NCBI GenBank assembly: GCA_031386315.1
Contig: JANNCH010000609.1
Span: 1 to 28,532 of the forward strand
DNA length: 28,532 bases
Source of the DNA: Pseudobdellovibrionaceae bacterium
Lineage (GTDB): Bacteria; Bdellovibrionota; Bdellovibrionia; Bdellovibrionales; Bdellovibrionaceae
Direction: 5' to 3'
Within the stretch, counting starts at the first letter, position 1. Each line of letters begins with the position of its first letter. A program made the translations under genes and the position numbers. Positions 1 to 8,106 of the stretch are shown here, one piece after another. The notes below the pieces were generated by a model. That model was not told where the DNA came from, did no database searches, and saw only the letters and a program-made list of their open reading frames with translations.

Positions 1-1359
1 TTTTTCCCAATTGGTTTCGTGCGCACCTGAAATACCATCAATACCGATGCGTCCACCCGTCCCTGCAATACCACGTCGTGGGGCCAAAGCACCGCCGGGT
101 AAAAAACTTCTGAGATCAGGATGATTTATAGAATTATTATCGTCCCTTGCGCTGGCGAGCACTGGTGAAGCTTTCGCCTCTGACTCGGCTTCAACTTCAG
201 AAGAAGTACCACCCGCAGAGCTGCCATATTGATCATCGGCTTCTTCGCCTTTTTTCACTTTGCTTTTTTCTGCAACAGCCATTTCAGCTGGCAATTCATT
301 ATTTAAATGAGGCTCTTTCATAGGGTCATACTTTGCAGGGACAACATAGTTTCCGGATGCACTCGTCGCATTCAACGCTACAACCCCTCGCACTTTGAAA
401 GATTCTGAAGTTGGAGACGTATTTTTCAAAGCAGTAGACTTAGTTTTTTCTTCAGTCGATTTATCATGTGTTTCTGTATTTTTTGATAAATCTGTGGATG
501 CTTGACTTGATGATGCTGACCCGCAGGACGCTAGGGCTGGAAAAGCTATGCAAATGCAGGTTTTGTTATTCACCATCTTGGGGTGTTTACAATCCAAGAT
601 ACAAATTTCTACTGCCGGGTGGGCTTTGCAGTAAGCTGAATCTGGATCATCGCTCGGCGTATTTATAGCGGACAATTGCCTTTCACATTCTTTGGCTTTT
701 GCAGACTCATTACCGATAGAAGAAAGCGCCGACGATGCTTGATCTACCTTTACCTGCAAAGCAACACATTGATTGCTACTATTCGAAGCCACTTGATAGG
801 CCGAAGATGTCGTACCTGTCTGCTGTGTACAACGTGCCGCCGCATCTTTAGCGGCCGCGCATGAGCTCACACAGCTTTCTTTTGCACCACTGCAATTTGA
901 CTTGAAACTATTTAGTCCCATACTGGCAGCGGCCCCAATCACACCCATCTTTGAACAAGCCTGTGCTGCCCCCACAGAACTACCCACACTAGCTTGTGCG
1001 GCTGTATTCATTGCAGACTGTAAAGATGAATCCGTATTAGAATCACAACTACTTAAGGCCGCTGTAGCAGCGGTAGCACAGGCGCTAAGCTCACTCTGCA
1101 GTGCTAGCGAGCATGGATCCGCAGATGATGGGATTCTAGATTCTGTGCTTTTTGTGGCATCAGAGCTTTCTTCTTTTTCTAATAGGCTCTCACTAGTTTT
1201 CACATCACTCGTATCTGCAGACCCTTTTTTATTACCGCTGCCGTCGTAAAGATCAGACACAGACTTTCGTGGCGTCACGGCCCTAAAGTCTTCGGCAGAC
1301 TCAGCATGCACTGATGATGAAAATAAAATTGTGATTACTAAAAGCAAAGTACGATGCAT
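1..1359 (-). CDS. Secreted cysteine-rich hypothetical protein, truncated at the window edge (>=453 aa)
   Basis: Manual translation from ATG at 1359 (in-frame TAA just upstream) is open to base 1. It begins MHRTLLLVITILFSSSVHA (signal peptide), has 16 Cys, an S/T/A/K/E-rich linker, and ends ...DLRSFLPGGALAPRRGIAGTGGRIGIDGISGAHETNWEK. Absent from the ORF track because no stop codon lies in the window. Confidence 0.85.
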   Translation of the reverse strand, partial: MHRTLLLVITILFSSSVHAESAEDFRAVTPRKSVSDLYDGSGNKKGSADTSDVKTSESLLEKEESSDATKSTESRIPSSADPCSLALQSELSACATAATAALSSCDSNTDSSLQSAMNTAAQASVGSSVGAAQACSKMGVIGAAASMGLNSFKSNCSGAKESCVSSCAAAKDAAARCTQQTGTTSSAYQVASNSSNQCVALQVKVDQASSALSSIGNESAKAKECERQLSAINTPSDDPDSAYCKAHPAVEICILDCKHPKMVNNKTCICIAFPALASCGSASSSQASTDLSKNTETHDKSTEEKTKSTALKNTSPTSESFKVRGVVALNATSASGNYVVPAKYDPMKEPHLNNELPAEMAVAEKSKVKKGEEADDQYGSSAGGTSSEVEAESEAKASPVLASARDDNNSINHPDLRSFLPGGALAPRRGIAGTGGRIGIDGISGAHETNWEK

Positions 1360-1365
1360 GTCAGC

Positions 1366-1392
1366 TTATCGGTGTTCAGTTGAAAATTTAAA
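1366..1392 (-). promoter_or_regulatory. Putative sigma28 (FliA)-type promoter, apparently leaderless
   Basis: Minus strand reads TTTAAATTTTCAACTGAAC-ACCGATAA-GCTGAC-ATG. The -10 element matches GCCGATAA at 7/8, the -35 spacing is loose, and there is no Shine-Dalgarno. Confidence 0.5.
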
Positions 1393-1428
1393 GATTTATG
1401 CTTCAGAATAAATTTTTTTAAATTTAAA

Positions 1429-1441
1429 TCTCAATTTGAGA
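1429..1441. promoter_or_regulatory. Palindromic motif TCTCA-N3-TGAGA (copy 1)
   Basis: TCTCAATTTGAGA. Similar intergenic copies lie at 12207 and 24991. Confidence 0.4.
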
Positions 1442-1446
1442 CAAAT

Positions 1447-2463
1447 TTATGGAATGATTAAGCTAGCTGCTTTATTGAGGCGATCGAAAAGGCTATCCCA
1501 ATAGTCACCACGTTGATATTCTTCTTTATAAAAGACGATACAATCGAAGTTGCCTTCGCCCAGCCTGCGAAGTTCACTATAAAATTCACGCGCAGCGACC
1601 ACTGGGTCCAAAGCCAAATCAAGCAATGCATAGCTTTTTACACCATTAATAGGCTTTAGAATTTTCACACTTTCGATTTCATCGGGCAATTGATTTAAGC
1701 GTTGATTAATTTCTACCAATAACTCATCACCCATTAGCTCTTTGTTTTCACAGACAATCAACGGGATTGCGGGCATATAGTGGTGCTTCATGTGGCCCGG
1801 GGATTCTTTTTTCGATACTGACTCTACAAAATGAAAATCTATTTTTCTTTTTAATAAGGACTTTTGAATGTCTGATGCCAGCACATATCCTTTGCGCAGA
1901 ATGGAAAGATCCGTAAAAATCGAAGTCTCTTTCACCAAAAGCACTGTGCTTTCGATGCCCACTTCGCACTCGCCACCGTCTAAAACAAAAATATTTTCAT
2001 CTTTGAATTCATTCCAAACATGAAAAGCCGACGTCGGACTCGTGCGACCAAATTTATTCGCACTCGGGGCCGCCAGTGGCACCCCTAGCTCGCGAATCAC
2101 CTCTAATGCCATCGGATGCTTAGGCATACGTATGCCGACGCTCTCAAGACCCGAAGTAATCATCGGATTGATCTCATCTGACTTTGGCAAAATCATCGTC
2201 AAAGGTCCTGGCCAAAAATCTTCAGCCAAAGCCTGAGCCACTACTCCCCATTGTGAAGTCAACTTCTGCGCCTGTTCGATAGAGGCCACGTGCACGATCA
2301 ATGGATCAAAAAAAGGACGCTCTTTGCTTTTAAAAATTTGCTCGATGGCACGAGGGATATCGATACGCGCAGCCAAGCCATACACGGTTTCAGTGGGAAT
2401 ACCCACTACTTCGCCTAAGCGAAGCAGTTTGATTGCTTTTTCTATTTCATGGGCATCGGGCAT
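1447..2463 (-). CDS. sua5: L-threonylcarbamoyladenylate synthase, Sua5 type (YrdC domain plus Sua5 C-terminal domain)
   Basis: Motifs PTETVYGL, K.RP..DPLIVH, FWPGPLT, AAPSAN.FGR.SPT, G.EST and the linker SPGHMKHHYMP. Confidence 0.95.
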   Translation of the reverse strand: MPDAHEIEKAIKLLRLGEVVGIPTETVYGLAARIDIPRAIEQIFKSKERPFFDPLIVHVASIEQAQKLTSQWGVVAQALAEDFWPGPLTMILPKSDEINPMITSGLESVGIRMPKHPMALEVIRELGVPLAAPSANKFGRTSPTSAFHVWNEFKDENIFVLDGGECEVGIESTVLLVKETSIFTDLSILRKGYVLASDIQKSLLKRKIDFHFVESVSKKESPGHMKHHYMPAIPLIVCENKELMGDELLVEINQRLNQLPDEIESVKILKPINGVKSYALLDLALDPVVAAREFYSELRRLGEGNFDCIVFYKEEYQRGDYWDSLFDRLNKAASLIIP

Positions 2464-2472
2464 ATTGAGTAC

Positions 2473-5019
2473 CTAGTTTTCATTGCGCAAAATTTCTAGT
2501 GGCTTTTCACGTACAATATCTAACCCCGCCAAAAAGGCTATAAGTAAGCTCACCATAGTTATGCTGATAACAGAGATCACGGGCCAAAACAAATCAAACC
2601 TAAAATCAGCTTCAAAGACGTAATAAGCAAGGCTATAGCTCACTAAAAGACTTAACAAAGCCCCGGCCGCAGCACTCAAAAAAGTCAAAGAAAACGATTC
2701 AACCAGAATAAAGATCGAGACCTCTTTCCAAGAACCGCCAAGGATTTTGAGCATATTTAGCTCCCATCGTCGCTGCTGAAGCTGCGCGCGGGTGATCGAG
2801 AAAAGCACGATATAGCCAGTCAAAAGAGCCAATGCCGCCATTAACTCTAAAGACCAACTCATTTGATTAGCTATGCTCATGATTTCTTCTACCGTACGGG
2901 CCACATCGATAATTGAAATATTGGCATATTTCTGTGTCACTTCATTCTGCAAGTCCGATTTTTTTTCTGCACTCATACCCGGAATCGAGGCAATCAAAGT
3001 TTTCGGTGCCTCGTTCAATACTCCGTCTTGCAGTAAAACAAAAAAGTTAGGTTGAAAACTTGTCCACTTAACTTTGCGAAGACTTGTGACCTGACCCACT
3101 ACCTCAACACCTTGAACGTCAAAGGTCATCGTATCACCAAGCTTAATACCAATACGTTCAGCGTATTTATATTCTAGTGAAATTTCGGGATACTTTTTTT
3201 TTTCAGAGTCAAAGACCCCCGAGAATAGCTTACCTTCTAAAAGAATTTCACTATCTGCAAGCTGATCCCGGTAAGAAAGATTCACCCCACGGTTGCGAAA
3301 ACGCGCATCACGCTCTTCTTCACGGGTCTGGAATTTTATATTTTCAATTTTTCTTTCGTAGTCATTTTCGTTCACTTTCAAGATGCGCGCGCGCACCATC
3401 GGCGAAACTATTGGATTTACAATGCCCTGCAATTTCAAAGTTTCAAGTAAGTGATTGATCTGCTCGTCTTGAATATCAAACATAAATAGCGATGGCAGCT
3501 TAGATTTTTCATCCATTTTGAATTCAGCCTGGAGTGTAGCTTTCAACTGCGGCAATATGTTCATAAGTAATGAACCTAAACCCACGGCAATAAACACAGC
3601 AAAGCTAGCACTTTTGCGTCTGTGCAAACCTAAAATACTAAACTTTACAAACCAGCGCTTTGAAATTTTTAAATACGAAAGACTTTGCAAACCTGCCCAG
3701 GCAATCAGTGCAAGCAACACCAGTACACCGGCTAGTGCGCCGATGAAAGCCGAGCCGATGCTCCACGAATGTGCTTGATACACAGCTAGTAACCAAAAAA
3801 GTACGATGGCCGGTAAGAAAGACCAGTAGTGATGAATTGAAATGTCAGCTGAAAATTTTTCTTCACTAAATAGCTTTGCAGGTTTTAATTCTTTGATCTT
3901 TAGCAAGAACGGAAAGCAAACAATAAAACTGCCCAGTACTGCCATCAAAAGCGAGATGACAAAAACAAAAGGGGTTATGGTGGCACTGAGCTCGACCGCT
4001 GCGAATTTTTCTAATAACTTACTGAGCAAAGGCAATACGCCGGCAGTTAAGGCCAGAGTCGGAGGACTCGCAAGTAATCCTAGGGACAATACTTGCACAA
4101 TATACACACCAATGGCGACTTCGCTTTGCAGCCCCAAGGTTCGATAGACAGCGATTTCTTTCATCTTGCGTGAAAGATACAATCTATAAATGTACGAAGC
4201 CCCTAAGACAGACATGAACAAGGCAATAATTGCAACCAAACCAAGATAATCTGACAGATAAGAGAGCTGACGACCTGAGGCTTCACCTGCACTTTCAGGA
4301 GTTTCCACTTGAATGGCTGGATCTGTTAAAACATCAAAAAGTTTATTTTTTATCGCATCTAAATCTGCGCCAGCTGGAAGCTTGTATAAATAAGTTGTCG
4401 AATAGGTGCTGCCATATTGAATCAAACCAGATTTTGCGAGCAATGCTTGATTTATGAAAATACGCGGAGCCAGCGAAGCCATGCGAAAGGTTTGGGTTCC
4501 GTCTTTTTCAACACTGTCGGTGATTTTTAGATTCAATTGTCCCAAGCGTACATTATCACCGACTGCTAGCTCCATTTGTGCTTTTAATTCTGGATAGACC
4601 CAAGCAGTATCAGTTCCGACAATAGTTTTATCAGTGGACTGAGTAATCACTGCCCCGGATCCAAGCTCAAGCGATCCATAAAAAGGATAATTGCCATCGA
4701 TGGCCTTCACCATGACTAAACGAGATTTTTTATCTGTGGCTAGCATTGCAAAGAATTCGTAGTTCACGCTTTCTTGTGCGCCGGGGCTCAGGGTAGCTTT
4801 TATTTTTTTATGCTCTTCTTCAGTGATAGGCCTTCTGGCTGAGACCGCGATATCCGCTGATAAAATTGCCTTTGCGTTTTTTTCGATATTAGATTGAATC
4901 GCACCTTTGAAAGCTTCAAGCGAAACAAACCCTGCCAAACCCAAGCTGAGGTTGAAAATAAAAAATAGCCCAAAACGCCAGCCACGACACAGTTCACGAA
5001 AGGCCAAACGCAGAAGCAT
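2473..5019 (-). CDS. ABC transporter permease, YbbP-like with two FtsX domains
   Basis: 848 aa with two hydrophobic TM clusters, R..E.A....LG motifs and W.SFQPNFFV. Coupled to the upstream ATPase (TAATG overlap). Confidence 0.9.
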   Translation of the reverse strand: MLLRLAFRELCRGWRFGLFFIFNLSLGLAGFVSLEAFKGAIQSNIEKNAKAILSADIAVSARRPITEEEHKKIKATLSPGAQESVNYEFFAMLATDKKSRLVMVKAIDGNYPFYGSLELGSGAVITQSTDKTIVGTDTAWVYPELKAQMELAVGDNVRLGQLNLKITDSVEKDGTQTFRMASLAPRIFINQALLAKSGLIQYGSTYSTTYLYKLPAGADLDAIKNKLFDVLTDPAIQVETPESAGEASGRQLSYLSDYLGLVAIIALFMSVLGASYIYRLYLSRKMKEIAVYRTLGLQSEVAIGVYIVQVLSLGLLASPPTLALTAGVLPLLSKLLEKFAAVELSATITPFVFVISLLMAVLGSFIVCFPFLLKIKELKPAKLFSEEKFSADISIHHYWSFLPAIVLFWLLAVYQAHSWSIGSAFIGALAGVLVLLALIAWAGLQSLSYLKISKRWFVKFSILGLHRRKSASFAVFIAVGLGSLLMNILPQLKATLQAEFKMDEKSKLPSLFMFDIQDEQINHLLETLKLQGIVNPIVSPMVRARILKVNENDYERKIENIKFQTREEERDARFRNRGVNLSYRDQLADSEILLEGKLFSGVFDSEKKKYPEISLEYKYAERIGIKLGDTMTFDVQGVEVVGQVTSLRKVKWTSFQPNFFVLLQDGVLNEAPKTLIASIPGMSAEKKSDLQNEVTQKYANISIIDVARTVEEIMSIANQMSWSLELMAALALLTGYIVLFSITRAQLQQRRWELNMLKILGGSWKEVSIFILVESFSLTFLSAAAGALLSLLVSYSLAYYVFEADFRFDLFWPVISVISITMVSLLIAFLAGLDIVREKPLEILRNEN

Positions 5020-5684
5020 TAGGACTCCCGCAGTCTTCCCTCTTCTAAATGAAGAGTGCGTTCACATCTTTGAGCTAAGGCCTCGCTGTGAGTCACCAAG
5101 ACAGTGGTCATTTTAAATTTTTTCGCCATCGTAAAAAAGATATCCATTACTTTTTCACCGGTATGGATATCAAGATTTCCGCTGGGCTCGTCGGCAAGTA
5201 GCAATTTAGGCTCTACGACCAGAGCGCGCGCAATTGCTACACGCTGACATTCCCCACCGCTCATTTGATTACAGAAGTGATGAAGCCGATGTGCCAGCCC
5301 CATCTCTGTAAGAAGTGCGTGGGCTTTTTCTTCAGCATTTTCACGTTTTAAAATTTCTAGTGGAAGCATCACATTTTCTAACGCCGTTAAATGCGAAACC
5401 AAATGATATTGTTGAAACACGATACTGATGTTGTTGGCACGAAACGAAGTCATCTGCTGCTCACTGAAGGGACTCATGTTGACATCGCCCACATGAATTT
5501 CGCCCGAGTCTGGTCTTTCAAGGCCCGCTAAAATCGAAAGTAATGTCGACTTTCCGCTACCCGACTGTCCCACGATAGAAACAATTTGACCCTCTTCAAT
5601 TTTAGCTTGCAGACCTTTCAGAACATGAATCTTGATGTCCCCTTGTTGAAAAGACTTTTCTAAATCACGCAGTATTAAACTCAT
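5019..5684 (-). CDS. ABC transporter ATP-binding protein, YbbA/LolD-like
   Basis: Walker A GQSGSGKS, signature MSGGECQRVAIARAL, LLADEPSGNLD and VTH switch. Confidence 0.95.
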   Translation of the reverse strand: MSLILRDLEKSFQQGDIKIHVLKGLQAKIEEGQIVSIVGQSGSGKSTLLSILAGLERPDSGEIHVGDVNMSPFSEQQMTSFRANNISIVFQQYHLVSHLTALENVMLPLEILKRENAEEKAHALLTEMGLAHRLHHFCNQMSGGECQRVAIARALVVEPKLLLADEPSGNLDIHTGEKVMDIFFTMAKKFKMTTVLVTHSEALAQRCERTLHLEEGRLRES

Positions 5685-6301
5685 AACTCACCCTTAACTG
5701 CATCAAATATATGATCTGCAATAATTTCGTGACCGGCTTCATTCGGATGAATGCCATCTGTTTGATTGAGCTTCGGATCACCCGCTACTTTATCTAAAAT
5801 AAAAGGAATGAAAGCGACTGAATATTCTTTTGCCAGTGACAAATACATTTTACGAAATTTTTCAGTATATTCTTTGCCATAGTTCGGCGGCATGTAAAGA
5901 CCGCCTAAAATGACTTTCACTTTTTCTTTTTGAATAAATATAATCGCCTGTGCGAGATTTTTTTCGCTGTCTTCGGTCTTAATTCCACGCAAACCATCAT
6001 TCGCCCCTAAGATCAGCAAAACTGCATCGGGCTTATTTTTAAAAATCCATTTCAACCGTGAATTCGCAGAGGCCGTGGTTGAACCGCTAACTCCGGCATT
6101 GATCACACTCCACTTCATACCTGCAGCATGCATCTTTTTTTCGAGCAAGAAAGGGAAGGCCGCTTCACGGGCAACACCGTAACCTTCGGTGAGTGAATCA
6201 CCCAGTACAATGATTTTTTTCTGCGCATAGGATGTGGAAAAGCTTGTTGAAAAAAATAGAATCGAGAACAACAAAGAGATAGAAAAAATAAAAGGTCTCA
6301 T
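5681..6301 (-). CDS. tesA: Arylesterase/acyl-CoA thioesterase I, SGNH/GDSL family
   Basis: GDSL, NAGVSG, LGANDGLRG and DGIHPN motifs plus a signal peptide. ATGA overlap with the ATPase gene. Confidence 0.92.
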   Translation of the reverse strand: MRPFIFSISLLFSILFFSTSFSTSYAQKKIIVLGDSLTEGYGVAREAAFPFLLEKKMHAAGMKWSVINAGVSGSTTASANSRLKWIFKNKPDAVLLILGANDGLRGIKTEDSEKNLAQAIIFIQKEKVKVILGGLYMPPNYGKEYTEKFRKMYLSLAKEYSVAFIPFILDKVAGDPKLNQTDGIHPNEAGHEIIADHIFDAVKGEL

Positions 6302-6322
6302 AATGATCCTATGAGACCTTTT
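6290..6322 (-). terminator. 12-bp perfect hairpin with U-rich tail; probable terminator of the RRM gene, overlapping the tesA start codon
   Basis: AAAAGGTCTCAT-N9-ATGAGACCTTTT, followed on the minus strand by ATTTTTTCT. Confidence 0.65.
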
Positions 6323-6355
6323 TTAATCGTTTAAGACAAGTCGTTTTAGCTAAAA

Positions 6356-6664
6356 CTAGTAACGAGGACCACTGCCAAATCCGCCGCCGCCGCGTCCTCC
6401 GCCACCTTCACGTGGAGCCTGCGGGCGAGCTTCAGATACGTTGATCGCGCGACCACCAAGGTCTGCACCATTCAATTTATCAATCGCCGTATCAGCTGCA
6501 GAGTCATCAGCCATTTCAACAAAGCCAAAACCTTTGCTACGGCCAGTTTCACGGTCAGTGATGACTTTAGCAGATTGAACTTCGCCAAATTCAGCGAATC
6601 TGCTGTGAAGTGAATCGTCGTCAACGGAATATGGCAGATTGCCAATGTATAGTTTCTTAGCCAC
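6356..6664 (-). CDS. Single-RRM RNA-binding protein with Gly-rich tail
   Basis: RNP2 LYIGNL, RNP1 KGFGFVEM and GGRGGGG tail. SD AGGAGG precedes the GTG start. Confidence 0.95.
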   Translation of the reverse strand: MAKKLYIGNLPYSVDDDSLHSRFAEFGEVQSAKVITDRETGRSKGFGFVEMADDSAADTAIDKLNGADLGGRAINVSEARPQAPREGGGGRGGGGFGSGPRY

Positions 6665-6796
6665 GGTATCCTCCTTGGGCTAGTTGACCCGAGGAAGCCA
6701 TCGAACAGATAAAACCAGAATCGAAAGAATCATCGCACGGGAGCGTTAATATTCAGTATAAAAATATCAACAGCCGTTATTTTCGGCAACAAAAAA

Positions 6797-7282
6797 TTAG
6801 GCACGCATATTATTAAATTGTAGCGGGACTTTCATCCCACCACCTTTAACTAAGCTTATACATTCTTGCAGTTCATCGATGCTTTTTGCAGTCACACGAA
6901 CTTTGTCGTCCATAATTTGCGGCTGCACTTTGAGTTTGGAATCTTTAATTAATTTAACGATATCCTTAGCGATTTCTTTTTCAAGACCTTGCACAAAAGT
7001 GATTTTTTGGCGCAGCATACGGCCACCCATTTGTTCGACCTTATCAAACTTAAGGGCCTTAATATCAACGCCACGTCTGTGCATCTTAGTTTGTAAAATA
7101 CTGCCCATTGTTTCCATTTTGTAATCATCTTCGGCGCTCAAGGTGATTTCTTTTTTATCCCAGAGCATTTCGGCTTTGCTTCCTTTAAAGTCGTAGCGTC
7201 CCTCGATCTCTTTACGAGCCTGGTTGATAGCATTATCTGCCTCTTGCATATCGATTTCTGAAACAATATCAAACGATGCCAT
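6797..7282 (-). CDS. yajQ: YajQ family nucleotide/c-di-GMP-binding protein
   Basis: MASFDIVSE..MQE.DNA.NQ..KEI..RYDFKGS, VRVT.KSIDELQ and LQF.N motifs. Confidence 0.95.
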   Translation of the reverse strand: MASFDIVSEIDMQEADNAINQARKEIEGRYDFKGSKAEMLWDKKEITLSAEDDYKMETMGSILQTKMHRRGVDIKALKFDKVEQMGGRMLRQKITFVQGLEKEIAKDIVKLIKDSKLKVQPQIMDDKVRVTAKSIDELQECISLVKGGGMKVPLQFNNMRA

Positions 7283-7305
7283 ACCGGAATGTCCTTTCTA
7301 AAAAA

Positions 7306-7779
7306 CTAATGGTGACCAGAATTACCGTGCAAACCGTGCGGATGTCCGTGCGCTAGCTCTTCTAGCGTTGCTTCACGAACCAAAGACATTTCGATATCGA
7401 ACTCTAAATCTTGTCCAGCTAGTGGGTGATTACCATCTAACGTAACATGTGTGTCTGTGATTTTTGTGACTTTCACAACTTTTGCTTCATCACCTAATTG
7501 CAATTGCAAGTAAGCACCGATTTCTGCACTCAAATGAGCCAATTCTTCTTTCGGGACATCCATCAACATTTTAGCGTCTGGCGTGCCGTAAGCATCTTTA
7601 GCAGACAGTTTTACGGTTTTTTTTTCGCCTTCTTTAAGATCTTTGATTTGGTCTTCAAGAGCTGGGATGATTTGGCCAGCACCTTCTAGATATGGCAGGG
7701 GTTGGTTCTTCTCAGACGCATCTAAGATTTGGCCGTCAGGTCCTTTTAAAACATAGTTAAATGCCAATACACGCTTCAT
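7306..7779 (-). CDS. slyD: FKBP-type peptidyl-prolyl isomerase, SlyD-like
   Basis: G.GQIIP.LE, AYG, VTLDGNHPLAGQDL.F and a His-rich tail. Start reassigned to ATG 7779 (SD AGGAG) instead of 7839. Confidence 0.92.
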   Translation of the reverse strand: MKRVLAFNYVLKGPDGQILDASEKNQPLPYLEGAGQIIPALEDQIKDLKEGEKKTVKLSAKDAYGTPDAKMLMDVPKEELAHLSAEIGAYLQLQLGDEAKVVKVTKITDTHVTLDGNHPLAGQDLEFDIEMSLVREATLEELAHGHPHGLHGNSGHH

Positions 7780-7857
7780 TAAATGCTCCTTTATTATATT
7801 TGAGGGGGGTTCTAGCACGCGAAACCCGCTATGTCTCATAATTTTACTGGACCAGGC

Positions 7858-7887
7858 TTGAAATTAGACACCAAAGTGCCTTATAAT
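7858..7887 (+). promoter_or_regulatory. sigma70-type promoter
   Basis: TTGAAA-N18-TATAAT. The predicted +1 near 7894-7895 coincides with the 5' end of the long stem. Confidence 0.7.
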
Positions 7888-7893
7888 TAAGCT

Positions 7894-8094
7894 AGGAGCC
7901 ATCTCGAAAAGGCCCTTATGCGAAGCAAAATCCATTTTAGATGGTCTGCTTCAAAAGTACCCAGATGCAAGGCGGAGGTTTTTTAAATTTTCCGTAGGCG
8001 TACTTCCCGTACGTCGTAGGAAAATTTAAATGCCGACAACGCAGTCAGATGAGTGCTTTTCAAGCAAGCACAGGGCTTTGTCGAGATGGCTTTT
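7894..8094 (+). ncRNA. Putative ~200-nt highly structured RNA (ncRNA or 5' leader), family unassigned
   Basis: Closing stem AGCCATCTCGA 7897-7907 / TCGAGATGGCT 8081-8091 plus AAGGCCCT/AGGGCTTT. Inner stems at 7948-7960/8053-8065 and 7982-8003/8009-8030. The wobble pairs are G-U on the + strand. Confidence 0.55.
7946..8068. repeat. Palindromic miniature element (RPE/REP-like) nested in the structured region
   Basis: CTGCTTCAAAA...CCAGATGCAAGGCG...GGCGTAC-N5-GTACGTCG...CAACGCAGTCAGATG...TTTTCAAGCAAG. From memory this resembles palindromic repeats of deltaproteobacteria and the GCGTAC..GTACG core of Rickettsia palindromic elements; not verified by search. Confidence 0.5.
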
Positions 8095-8106
8095 CCGGGG
8101 GGTTCC

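Noticed and set aside
468-1249. Plus-strand ORFs 468-668, 676-864 and 902-1249
   Set aside because: Shadows of the long minus-strand gene 1-1359; the same applies to the other short antisense ORFs inside long genes in the track.
6356-7779. RRM-yajQ-slyD cluster as a novel system
   Set aside because: All three are well-known families, and nothing in the sequence links them beyond adjacency.
7894-8094. SRP RNA, RNase P RNA or tmRNA
   Set aside because: Their hallmark sequences (GGAA-loop domain IV, GAGGAAAGUCC, tRNA-like ends with CCA) are absent.
8053-8106. N-terminal extension of the HNH ORF in the track
   Set aside because: It lies in the 3' stem of the structured element with no SD, and family similarity begins after 8107.
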